Positions 1 to 7,971 of a stretch of DNA of 15,158 nucleotides are shown in pieces; positions within the stretch are counted from its first letter, which is position 1; each line of letters opens with the position of its first letter. The stretch is from Promethearchaeota archaeon. GTDB taxonomy: Archaea > Asgardarchaeota > Lokiarchaeia > Sigyniarchaeales > SOKP01. Position numbers and translations under genes: made by a program. The stretch is from positions 1 to 15,158 of the forward strand of contig JBHLNT010000099.1 in the NCBI GenBank assembly GCA_048941265.1. The letters run 5' to 3'. The notes under the pieces are model-generated. The model saw nothing but the letters and a program-made list of their open reading frames with translations, did not search any database and had not been told where the DNA came from.

Positions 1-437
1 GGCATAAAAATCGTATCTATTAGAGGAGGAGAATAAACTCCAATACAGTTTGGACCTAATATTGCAATATCATTATCGAATGCAATTTTTTCAAGTTTTT
101 CTTGTCTCTTCAATCCTTCATTCCCGACTTCAGCAAAACCACCTCCAATTATAATGGCTGCTGGGATGTGTAGATCAGCACATTCTTGTACGTATTGTAA
201 AGTGTCTTCTGCTTTTACTGCTATTACTAATAGATCTGGAATCTCGGGTAATTGATCTAATTTTGTAGAAAGTTTTACTCCTTCGAGTTCTCCTCCAGCT
301 GGATGGATCCCATAGACCTTTACATCCATTTCAAATACATTTTTAACGAAGATAATTCTGCCTGCGCTTAAAGGATTTTTTTTACTAATGCCCGTAACAG
401 CCATAGAATTTGGTTTAAATAACTTTTCTAGATTCAT
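1..437 (-). CDS. N-terminal part of a CoA-binding-domain protein, NDP-forming acyl-CoA synthetase (ACD alpha / acetate-CoA ligase) family; runs off the left edge
   Basis: Not in the ORF track. Manual minus-strand translation from ATG at 437-435 is open to position 1: MNLEKLFKPNSMAVTGISKKNPLSAGRII...VYGIHPAGGELEG...PEIPDLLVIAVKAEDTLQYVQECADLHIPAAIIIGGGFAEVGNEG...ILGPNCIGVYSP. It has the LFxPxSxAVxG start and the GFAE and GPNCxG motifs of the family. An in-frame stop lies 4 codons upstream. Confidence 0.9.
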   Translation of the reverse strand, partial: MNLEKLFKPNSMAVTGISKKNPLSAGRIIFVKNVFEMDVKVYGIHPAGGELEGVKLSTKLDQLPEIPDLLVIAVKAEDTLQYVQECADLHIPAAIIIGGGFAEVGNEGLKRQEKLEKIAFDNDIAILGPNCIGVYSPPLIDTIFM

Positions 438-620
438 CTTAATCAGTTAAGAAGGATTGAATTTGAATTAAGTAATTTTACAATTCTAATATTTCTTTAG
501 ACTTATTTTCATTGTTAAATTTAATAGTAATAAAGATTTGTGTTGTAAAAGATTTATGGGATATGTTATTTAAGGTCTTTCTTATTTTATTTTAAAAAAT
601 AAATTTTCAAATTAAACACA

Positions 621-707
621 CTTAAGCTAAAATAATACCTTTATATAGAATCAAATTGAAGTTATATCAAAATAACAACTAATAGTTAGCTCAATTCTTA
701 AGCTAAA
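621..707. promoter_or_regulatory. Putative operator/promoter elements in the divergent intergenic region: CTTAAGCTAAA direct repeat (621-631, 697-707), imperfect palindrome TTAGCTcAA-ttc-TTaAGCTAA (686-706), TATA-like TTTATATA (640-647)
   Basis: Repeats read directly from the sequence; regulatory role inferred from their position between divergent genes. Confidence 0.4.
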
Positions 708-737
708 TTAATCTAAATGGATATTAGGGTGTATAAT

Positions 738-2141
738 ATGAGTGAAAGAAAACAAGAAGAGAGCAGAGAGTACAGCTTAAAGCATGCTCTGGCCTTTAGT
801 AGTGCTCCTTTAGTTGATGCGATCGCTTATCAATCATTTACGTTCTTAATTTTTACCTTTTACTATACTATCGTACGTATAAATGTAGTTTTAATTTCTA
901 TTGGATTTGCCATATGGTCGGTTTGGAACGCAGTAAATGATCCTCTGTTAGGTGCAATTTCAGATCGTACTCATACAAAACGAGGACGACGCATACCTTG
1001 GATTATGGCTTCAACAATTCCTTTAGGGATTATAATGATTCTCTTATATACTCCACCTATTAGTATTGGAATTACAGATGAAATATCAAATTTTATGTAT
1101 TTTATAATTATTATTATTGTTTTTGAGTTCTTTTATACCATGTATTCCATAAACCAAACTGCGCTTTTTCCTGAAGTTTTCATTGACAAAGATGCAAGAG
1201 CTAAAGCTAATACCATCAGACAGATATCGATTGTAATAGCTCTGATAGTTGCCTTTATATTACCTACTCTTTTTATTCCAGATTTAACAGAAAGAAAATA
1301 TTTATCAAATTATTGGATTTTTGGAATTGTCACGTGTATTTTATTTATCATAGGGAGTGTAATATTTTTAAAATGGGGCGCGCGGGAAAAAGCAGAATTC
1401 AAGGAGGATTATAGAAATATGCCGGGAATGTTTGAATCCTTTAAAATTTGTGTTAAAAATAAAAATTTCAGATGGGTTGCTTTTTCACTTATTTTCGTGT
1501 GGTTCGTTTTTGGTATGCTCCCAACGATTTTACCGCTTTACGGAAAATTTGTTTTAGGAATTAATAATTCAATATATATAGCTTTAATCCTTGCTCTCGC
1601 ATTTATTTCTGCTATTATTTTTATTGTTTTATGGAGAATAGTACTTTTAAAAGTAGGACCCAGGAAAACCTGGATTTATTCATTATCAACTTGGATTATT
1701 ACCTTTCTTCTTTTATTATTCATCATAGACTTTGTTTGGGCATTACTTATATTTTTTCTTATGGGAAGCGGTCTTGCAGGAGGATTATTTTTAAGGGATA
1801 TAACTTGGGCAGATATTATTGATGAGGATGAAATAAATACGGGAGTTAGGAGAGAAGCCGCCTATTATGGGATGAATGCCTTTTTTATGCGATTTTCCAC
1901 AATTTTAATATTTTTAGCTATAAGTCTCGTTTTTACGAGCACTGGCTGGGCGGTTTATGCTCCTGAAAAAGTTACTGCTGAAGTAATATTTGGATTAAAG
2001 TTGTTAATGATTATTTTTCCTTCAATTGCGCTTGGAATCGCCATTTTTGGTTTTTATATGTATCCTTTACACGGTGAAAAATTAAAAAATGTTAAGATTG
2101 CTCAACAAAAACTGCACGCTGAGAAAAAATCAAAAATATAA
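738..2141 (+). CDS. MFS transporter, glycoside-pentoside-hexuronide (GPH/MelB-like, MFS_2) family, paralog 1
   Basis: About 12 hydrophobic segments; motifs WNAVNDPLLGAISDRTHTKRGRRIPW and ADIIDEDEINTGVRREAAYYG. ATG 738 preferred over the track's 717 because it follows AGGGTG (SD-like) and matches the paralog's MSE start. Confidence 0.92.
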   Translation: MSERKQEESREYSLKHALAFSSAPLVDAIAYQSFTFLIFTFYYTIVRINVVLISIGFAIWSVWNAVNDPLLGAISDRTHTKRGRRIPWIMASTIPLGIIMILLYTPPISIGITDEISNFMYFIIIIIVFEFFYTMYSINQTALFPEVFIDKDARAKANTIRQISIVIALIVAFILPTLFIPDLTERKYLSNYWIFGIVTCILFIIGSVIFLKWGAREKAEFKEDYRNMPGMFESFKICVKNKNFRWVAFSLIFVWFVFGMLPTILPLYGKFVLGINNSIYIALILALAFISAIIFIVLWRIVLLKVGPRKTWIYSLSTWIITFLLLLFIIDFVWALLIFFLMGSGLAGGLFLRDITWADIIDEDEINTGVRREAAYYGMNAFFMRFSTILIFLAISLVFTSTGWAVYAPEKVTAEVIFGLKLLMIIFPSIALGIAIFGFYMYPLHGEKLKNVKIAQQKLHAEKKSKI

Positions 2142-2153
2142 TTTTTTTTCTTT
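2142..2153 (+). terminator. Oligo-T tract (T8-C-T3), putative archaeal-type terminator
   Basis: TTTTTTTTCTTT directly follows the TAA at 2139-2141. Confidence 0.45.
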
Positions 2154-2191
2154 AATTATTCCAATCTATTGCCATTCGCAAAGAATCATTA

Positions 2192-2210
2192 CCAAAACAG
2201 ATTTAAACTA
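2192..2210 (+). promoter_or_regulatory. Putative BRE/TATA promoter for the five-gene cassette
   Basis: CCAAAACAGA-TTTAAA-CTA, with TTTAAA at 2202-2207, about 30 nt upstream of ATG 2239. The first gene has no SD while downstream genes do, consistent with a leaderless or near-leaderless archaeal operon head. Confidence 0.45.
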
Positions 2211-2238
2211 TTAAAGTTATGGATGACTACATAATGCA

Positions 2239-3192
2239 ATGAGCAATTTTGATTTTCAAGCTAGGAATAAACCAACATTCTATTACATTGGGGTCACTAC
2301 CACTCAATCGTCAATAATGAAGGTCTTTCCTAAATGGGCAGAATATCTAGGAATTAGTGGAACTCCTATTGTAGGAATTAATTGCAAAATTCACGATGAC
2401 CCTCAAGTTTACAGAAAAGTAGTAGAATTTATTAAAAACGACAAGAATTCCCTTGGAGCATTGGTCACTTCTCATAAAATTGACCTTTACGATGCAACTA
2501 AGGAATATTTTAACGGTGTTGGACCATATGTTGAATTATTAGGAGAATTGAGCTGTATTTCTAAGAGAAATGGGGAGTTATGGGCTCATGCAAAAGATCC
2601 CATAACGAGCGGTCTAGCTTATAAAGCATTTATTCCAAAAGACCACTGGAAAATAACGGGAGGAGAAATCTGTATAATGGGTGCTGGCGGTGCCTCTCTC
2701 GCACTTACAACATACTTAATGGAAAATCTAAAACAAGAATTTTGGCCATCTAAAATATATGTAACTAATAGAAGTATTCCAAGACTAGAAACAATGAAAA
2801 ATATTCATCAAAAAATTAATCTTGGAATTCCAATAGAATATTTTCACTGTCCAAAACCGGAGGATAACGATAAAATTGTTAATATTTTAAAAAATCATTC
2901 CTTAGTTATCAATGGAACAGGAGCTGGAAAAGATTTCCCTGGATCTCCAATAACAGATGCAGGAGAATTTCCGCAGAATGGATTCGCATGGGATTATAAT
3001 TTTCGAGGTGAATTACTTTTTCTTAAACAAGCTAGGGCTCAACAAAAGGAAAAAAATCTTCACATTGAAGATGGTTGGGTCTATTTTCTCCACGGATGGC
3101 AACGCGTAATCGCTGAAGTATTTCATTTAGATATTCCGACCAGTGGTCCTGAGTTTGAAGATCTCTCAAGAATCGCAATGGAAGTAAAATAA
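2239..3192 (+). CDS. Shikimate-dehydrogenase-fold NAD(P)-dependent oxidoreductase, divergent (probably not acting on shikimate)
   Basis: GALVTSHK (cf. GxNVTxPxK), AKD (cf. NTD), Rossmann IMGAGGAS, TNRS, VINGTGAG (cf. INATPxG), DYNF, EDGWVYFLHGW (cf. DGLxMLxxQ). Catalytic Lys/Asp positions appear kept; several shikimate-binding positions differ. Confidence 0.8.
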   Translation: MSNFDFQARNKPTFYYIGVTTTQSSIMKVFPKWAEYLGISGTPIVGINCKIHDDPQVYRKVVEFIKNDKNSLGALVTSHKIDLYDATKEYFNGVGPYVELLGELSCISKRNGELWAHAKDPITSGLAYKAFIPKDHWKITGGEICIMGAGGASLALTTYLMENLKQEFWPSKIYVTNRSIPRLETMKNIHQKINLGIPIEYFHCPKPEDNDKIVNILKNHSLVINGTGAGKDFPGSPITDAGEFPQNGFAWDYNFRGELLFLKQARAQQKEKNLHIEDGWVYFLHGWQRVIAEVFHLDIPTSGPEFEDLSRIAMEVK

Positions 3193-3207
3193 AAATGGAG
3201 GATTATA

Positions 3208-3789
3208 ATGGAAAATATTAAAAATTTAAAATCTTTAGCTATTCGCTTTAATTTAGAAGATGGTTTATCTTTTGATCGAGAATCGACTAAAAGAATGCTT
3301 TCTGCAATGGATGGAATGTATCTTAACAATAACGCATTAAAAAATATGATAAAGGAAAAAGATGTTTTAGTATACGAATTTTATGAACTTGGAATTCCTG
3401 AAAAACCAGGAGAGTTGGCATATGGGACAACAATTTTATACCCCGGAAAAGTGGGAGATGAGTATTTTATGACCAAGGGCCATTTCCATTCTAAAATTGA
3501 TACTGCTGAAGTTTATTATTGTCTCAAGGGTAATGGCTATTTATTAATGGAGAATCCAGAGGGGGATGTCGAATTAAGAGAAATGACACCTGGAGTGTCT
3601 GTTTATGTGCCACCTAAGTTTGCTCATCGCAGTATTAACATATCAGATATAGAACCTTTCATAATGTTTTTTGTTTTCAGGGCAGATTCTGGGCATGATT
3701 ATAAGACAATTGAGACGAAAGGTTTTCGAAAGTTAATAATTGAAAAAGATGGAAAACCTCTAATTATTGATAATCCAAAATGGAAATAG
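3208..3789 (+). CDS. pgiA: Cupin-type (archaeal-type) glucose-6-phosphate isomerase family protein
   Basis: TTILYPGKVGDEYFMTKGHFH, AEVYYCLKGNG, VYVPPKFAHRSIN and SGHDY are hallmark motifs of Pyrococcus/Thermococcus-type cupin PGI with metal ligands H,H,E,H. SD GGAGG at 3197-3201. Confidence 0.9.
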   Translation: MENIKNLKSLAIRFNLEDGLSFDRESTKRMLSAMDGMYLNNNALKNMIKEKDVLVYEFYELGIPEKPGELAYGTTILYPGKVGDEYFMTKGHFHSKIDTAEVYYCLKGNGYLLMENPEGDVELREMTPGVSVYVPPKFAHRSINISDIEPFIMFFVFRADSGHDYKTIETKGFRKLIIEKDGKPLIIDNPKWK

Positions 3790-3804
3790 TGATAAGGAAA
3801 AAGT

Positions 3805-4722
3805 ATGAAAAAAATTTATGTAACTCCAAGATCGATCACGAAAGAAGGCCACTATTCACTTAAGAAATTAAAGGAAGCTGGTTTTGAACTAATTTTCGGA
3901 CCTCCCGGAGAACAACCCTCCGAGGAAGAACAACTAAAAATTTTGCCTGAATGTGTTGCTTACCTAGCGGGTATAGAGCCAATTGGAAAAAACATATTGG
4001 AAGCTGCTAAAAATTTAAAAATTATCAGTAGAAATGGTGTTGGGGTTGAAAATATTGATTTAAAAGTAGCGGAACAATTAGGTATTAAAATTAGGATCGC
4101 TACTGCTTCCAACGCTCAGAGTGTTGCGGAATTAGCAATAGGATTGATCTTTTCGGCTATTCGCTTCATTCCCATATGTAATACTTATATGAAAAAGGGA
4201 GAATGGCATAGAGAAAAAGGATTTGAACTTGAGGGAAAAACTCTCGGAATTATAGGATGTGGGAATATCGGCAAAAAAGTGGTAAAAATGGCGTTGGGAA
4301 TTGGAATGAATGTTATTGGTTATGATTTATATCCTGATGATTATTTTAATCTTGAGAAAGATTTTAAATATACTAATATCAATGAGATTTACGAAAAGGC
4401 AGATATTATAAGTTTGCATAGTCCCCCGAGCGAAATACCATTAATCAATGCCAATTCTATTGCCAAAATGCATAAGGGTGTTATTATTATTAATACAGCA
4501 CGAGCAGCATTAGTTGATGAAATAGCTATGGTGGAAGCCCTTAATAAAAGAAAAGTATCTGTGTATGCAACAGATGTCTACACAAGAGAACCGCCTGGAC
4601 TGAATGAATTGATTAGTCATAAATATACAATTTGTACTCCTCACATTGGAGGTTATACCTCAGAAAGTGTTGATCGAGCCGTTGAGGCCGCAGTTGATAA
4701 TATAATTAAAGAATTATGCTAA
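3805..4722 (+). CDS. D-2-hydroxyacid dehydrogenase, phosphoglycerate-dehydrogenase-like (short form, no ACT domain)
   Basis: SRNGVGVENID, NAQSVAE, GCGNIG (NAD binding), INTARAALVDE, DVYTREP, TPHIGGYT; catalytic Arg/Glu/His present. AAGGA upstream. Confidence 0.9.
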   Translation: MKKIYVTPRSITKEGHYSLKKLKEAGFELIFGPPGEQPSEEEQLKILPECVAYLAGIEPIGKNILEAAKNLKIISRNGVGVENIDLKVAEQLGIKIRIATASNAQSVAELAIGLIFSAIRFIPICNTYMKKGEWHREKGFELEGKTLGIIGCGNIGKKVVKMALGIGMNVIGYDLYPDDYFNLEKDFKYTNINEIYEKADIISLHSPPSEIPLINANSIAKMHKGVIIINTARAALVDEIAMVEALNKRKVSVYATDVYTREPPGLNELISHKYTICTPHIGGYTSESVDRAVEAAVDNIIKELC

Positions 4723-4725
4723 ATT

Positions 4726-5589
4726 ATGATTGAAATCTCACAAGATACAATAGAATCCCTCGAGGAATTCGTTAATCATAAGGAACCAGCTGAAGAGGAA
4801 ATTTATCTTGCATGGTTAGGTCAAGCTGGATTTATCATTAAATTTAAAGATAAAATACTCATCATAGATCCTTATTTATCTGATTACCTTTCAAGAAAGT
4901 ATAAAGGAAAAATATTTCCTCATATTAGGCTTATGGAGATCCCGTTGCAACCTGAAAAAATTAGAAATCTTGACTATTTACTCAGTACGCATGCTCATTC
5001 TGACCATATGGATCCTGAAACGCTTAATATTTTATCAAAAAATAATCCGAATTGCAAAATTATTGTGCCAAGAGCTGAAATCGAAGAAGCCTTAAGTAGA
5101 GGCGCCAAAAACGATCAGATTCTTCCTGCAAATGATGGAGAGACTATTGAATTAAAAAGTAATATAAAGATAAGTGGAATTGGAGCATCTCACGAAGTTT
5201 TAAAAATTAATGAAAAAGGAGAATATCACTTTCTCGGTTATGTATTTCATCTCGGGCAAGTTAAAATTTATCATTCGGGTGATTGTATTCCCTATAATGG
5301 GCTCATCGAAAAAATTCGGGATTTGCATATTGATATTGCATTGTTACCCATCAACGGACGAGATGAATATAGAATGAGAAACAATATTGCGGGGAATTTT
5401 AAAATATCTGAAGCGCTTGAATTATGCAATAAATCAAGGATAAAAAATTTAATTGTACATCATTTTGGTATGTTTGCATACAATACAGTTTCTGTATCAG
5501 AATTAAATGATTTAAGAAAGAAAAGTACATCTAAGCTAAATATAATAGTTCCAGAAATAAGTCAAATTTACAAAATTAAAAAAATATAA
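4726..5589 (+). CDS. Metallo-beta-lactamase-fold hydrolase, UlaG (L-ascorbate-6-phosphate lactonase)-like
   Basis: WLGQAGF, IDPYLS, THAHSDHMD (HxHxDH), ASH, YHSGD, LPING, VHHFGMF. Starts 3 nt after the previous stop. Confidence 0.85.
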   Translation: MIEISQDTIESLEEFVNHKEPAEEEIYLAWLGQAGFIIKFKDKILIIDPYLSDYLSRKYKGKIFPHIRLMEIPLQPEKIRNLDYLLSTHAHSDHMDPETLNILSKNNPNCKIIVPRAEIEEALSRGAKNDQILPANDGETIELKSNIKISGIGASHEVLKINEKGEYHFLGYVFHLGQVKIYHSGDCIPYNGLIEKIRDLHIDIALLPINGRDEYRMRNNIAGNFKISEALELCNKSRIKNLIVHHFGMFAYNTVSVSELNDLRKKSTSKLNIIVPEISQIYKIKKI

Positions 5590-5605
5590 TACATAAGGTC
5601 TTATC

Positions 5606-6229
5606 ATGGAAGTAATCAAAAAAATGGAAAAGCTAAAAATTATCCCGGTAGCTGTTATTGATGATGCCGAGAATGCTATTCCCCTCTGTAAAGCTCTTAT
5701 AGATGCTGGCTTACCTGTGATTGAGGTGACATTTAGAACTGAAGCAGCTGCTGATTCAATATCTATATTAAGAAGGGAATTTCCCGAAATGCTAGTAGGA
5801 GCAGGGACAGTCCTTAAAATCGAGCAAGTTAAGGCTGCCGTGGATGTAGGATCAGAATTTATCGTTACTCCTGGTTTTAATCCCACAGTAGTAGACTATT
5901 GCGTTAAAAATAAAATCCCTATTGTTCCAGGCTTAAATGCACCCTCCTTTATAGAATGGGGCCTTGAGAGGGGATTGAGCCATTTCAAATTTTACCCAGC
6001 TGATATCTCTGGAGGTACGAAAATGCTACAAGTTTTATCGGGCCCTTATCCTATGGTAAAATTTATGCCCACAGGCGGCATAAATAATAAAAATTTGGTC
6101 GAATATTTGAAATTAGATAATGTGTTCGCCTGTGGAGGTAGCTGGATTGTAAAGAAAGAATTAATTAATAGTAAAAAGTTCAATGATATAACCAAAATTA
6201 CAAAGGAAGCGGTTTCTTTAGTTAAGTAA
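5606..6229 (+). CDS. eda: 2-dehydro-3-deoxy-phosphogluconate / 4-hydroxy-2-oxoglutarate aldolase (bacterial-type KDPG/KHG aldolase)
   Basis: IEVTFRT (catalytic Glu/Arg), GAGTV, FIVTPG, KFYPA (Schiff-base Lys), MPTGGI, GGSW. Confidence 0.93.
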   Translation: MEVIKKMEKLKIIPVAVIDDAENAIPLCKALIDAGLPVIEVTFRTEAAADSISILRREFPEMLVGAGTVLKIEQVKAAVDVGSEFIVTPGFNPTVVDYCVKNKIPIVPGLNAPSFIEWGLERGLSHFKFYPADISGGTKMLQVLSGPYPMVKFMPTGGINNKNLVEYLKLDNVFACGGSWIVKKELINSKKFNDITKITKEAVSLVK

Positions 6230-6436
6230 GAATATGGATAATCTAAAATCAATTTGTTTTATTTAATTTATTTCAAGAATTAGAATAAATTTTTATAAAC
6301 GTATTATAAAATCCTTAAGCGATGCAGAGTTTTTAGTTCAAATAAGCCAATTATATTCAATGTGGTTTGAATACGAAATTTAACAAATTCTTAGTCTTAT
6401 TTTCATTTTTTTCCTTTATGTAATGAAAAATATAGA

Positions 6437-6480
6437 TTAGTGACATGTCCTAAAGAAATTTGTTTAATAATTATTTATAC
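6437..6480 (+). promoter_or_regulatory. Bulged palindrome TTAG-t-GACATGTC-CTAA (6437-6453) upstream of a TATA-like TTTATA (6474-6479) in front of transporter paralog 2
   Basis: Perfect 8-bp core GACATGTC at 6442-6449, comparatively GC-rich in a very AT-rich spacer. Function inferred. Confidence 0.3.
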
Positions 6481-6533
6481 TATCACCATATATTAATATT
6501 ATTTAATTCTAAAATTAAGAATAAGGAATTATC

Positions 6534-7943
6534 ATGTCTGAAAAAATAAAAAATAGCAATATAAAAGGGTACTCTAATAAGAAGTTAGCGGCTTATGGAA
6601 CAGGTCAAATCTCAGATATAACGGCGTACCAAACATTTAGCTTTTTAGTTTTCACCTTTTATTTTGCTGTGGTCGGAGTCAATGTTGTTTTAATTACTAT
6701 TGGATTTATCATCTGGTCGATATGGAACAGTCTCAATGATCCATTTATAGGATATTTATCAGATAGAACACATACCAAATGGGGGCGTCGAATTCCTTAC
6801 ATCATGTTTTCGTTAATTCCACTGGCTTTACTTGTATATCTTTTATTTTTACCACCTATAACCTTTGGGATTACAGATCAAATTTCTAACTTTATATATT
6901 TTCTGATTATTATTATATTATTTGAATTATTCTTTACGATGTACGATCTTAACTATACAGCATTATTCCCAGAGCTATATATTAATTTAGAAGAGAGGAC
7001 AAGAGCAAATCTTTTTAGACAATCTTTTTTAATTATTGGTTTGTTTATGGCATTCATTTTACCTGGTGTATTTATTTCTGACTATTCAGATCCCAGCTCT
7101 TTAGCACAATATCAGACTTTTGGGATAGTTGTGGCGTTTGTAATTATTATACCTGGTCTTCTTTTCTTAAAGTTTTCCCCTAAGGAAAAAAAAGAATTTC
7201 AGGAGGATTATAAGGATGCACCTGGCTTATTCGGTTCAATAAAAATGTGTCTCAAAAGTAAATCCTTTAGATGGTATATCCCTGCAGAAATAGCGAATTG
7301 GTACGTATATGGTATGTTGCCAGCTATGGTTCCACTCTATGGTAAATTTGTTCTAGGTATTACCGATACTTTGATTTTATCTATGTTATTAGCACTTTCA
7401 TTCATATCCGTAGCAATTTTTATGAATGTTTTATGGAAACCATTGGTTCAAAAGATTGGACCTAGAAAATCATGGTTAATTTCTATGTCGATCTTTATTG
7501 CAACTTTAGCTCCCCTAATGTTCATACAAGATGCAATAGCAGGTTTAATAGTATTTTTTTTAGTTGGAATTGGAATGTCTGGCTCATTCTATATTGTTGA
7601 CATCATTATTTCCGATATATGTGATGAAGATGAGCTAATGACCGGAGCTCGTAGCGAAGGAGCGTATTACGGAGTCAATATGTTTCTCATGCACTTATCA
7701 ACCGTATTTGTATTTCTTACGATAAGTCTTGTATTTACTAACGTGGGTTGGACAGTCTTTGAGCCAGAAAATGTTACCCAAGAAGTTGTCTTTGGGTTAA
7801 GAGCATTAATGTTTATTTTTCCTGCAATGGCATTATTAATCGGTCTTTTAGTAATATATAAATATCCCTTAGATGGAGAAAGATTACAAAAGGTTAAAGA
7901 AGAACTACAAAAATTACATGATGAAAAAAAGTCAAGAATTTAA
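6534..7943 (+). CDS. MFS transporter, GPH/MelB-like family, paralog 2
   Basis: WNSLNDPFIGYLSDRTHTKWGRRIPY and SDICDEDELMTGARSEGAYYG; colinear with paralog 1 over the whole length (AYQxFxFLxFTFY, PLYGKFVLGI, YPLxGE, KLHxEKKSxI). SD AAGGA. Confidence 0.92.
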   Translation: MSEKIKNSNIKGYSNKKLAAYGTGQISDITAYQTFSFLVFTFYFAVVGVNVVLITIGFIIWSIWNSLNDPFIGYLSDRTHTKWGRRIPYIMFSLIPLALLVYLLFLPPITFGITDQISNFIYFLIIIILFELFFTMYDLNYTALFPELYINLEERTRANLFRQSFLIIGLFMAFILPGVFISDYSDPSSLAQYQTFGIVVAFVIIIPGLLFLKFSPKEKKEFQEDYKDAPGLFGSIKMCLKSKSFRWYIPAEIANWYVYGMLPAMVPLYGKFVLGITDTLILSMLLALSFISVAIFMNVLWKPLVQKIGPRKSWLISMSIFIATLAPLMFIQDAIAGLIVFFLVGIGMSGSFYIVDIIISDICDEDELMTGARSEGAYYGVNMFLMHLSTVFVFLTISLVFTNVGWTVFEPENVTQEVVFGLRALMFIFPAMALLIGLLVIYKYPLDGERLQKVKEELQKLHDEKKSRI

Positions 7944-7971
7944 TTATACTCTAGAAATATTTATTTTTATT

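Noticed and set aside
717-737. ORF-track start at 717 for transporter 1
   Set aside because: ATG 738 has an SD-like AGGGTG upstream and matches the paralog's N-terminus; 717 is probably just the longest-ORF start.
1631-1822. 63-aa alternate-frame ORF
   Set aside because: Wholly inside the MFS gene, no motif; shadow ORF.
3123-3329. 68-aa minus-strand ORF
   Set aside because: Antisense to two well-supported genes, no recognisable features.
2239-4722. Annotating aroE and serA as amino-acid biosynthesis genes
   Set aside because: AroE substrate motifs are altered, the SerA-like protein lacks regulatory domains, and the context is sugar catabolism.
5536-5886. 116-aa minus-strand ORF
   Set aside because: Antisense shadow of eda and the MBL gene end.
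6046-6252. 68-aa minus-strand ORF
   Set aside because: Antisense shadow of eda.
6481-6497. TATCAC resembling half of the Thermococcales TrmB-like TGM motif (TATCAC-N5-GTGATA)
   Set aside because: The second half-site is absent (ATTAAT instead of GTGATA).
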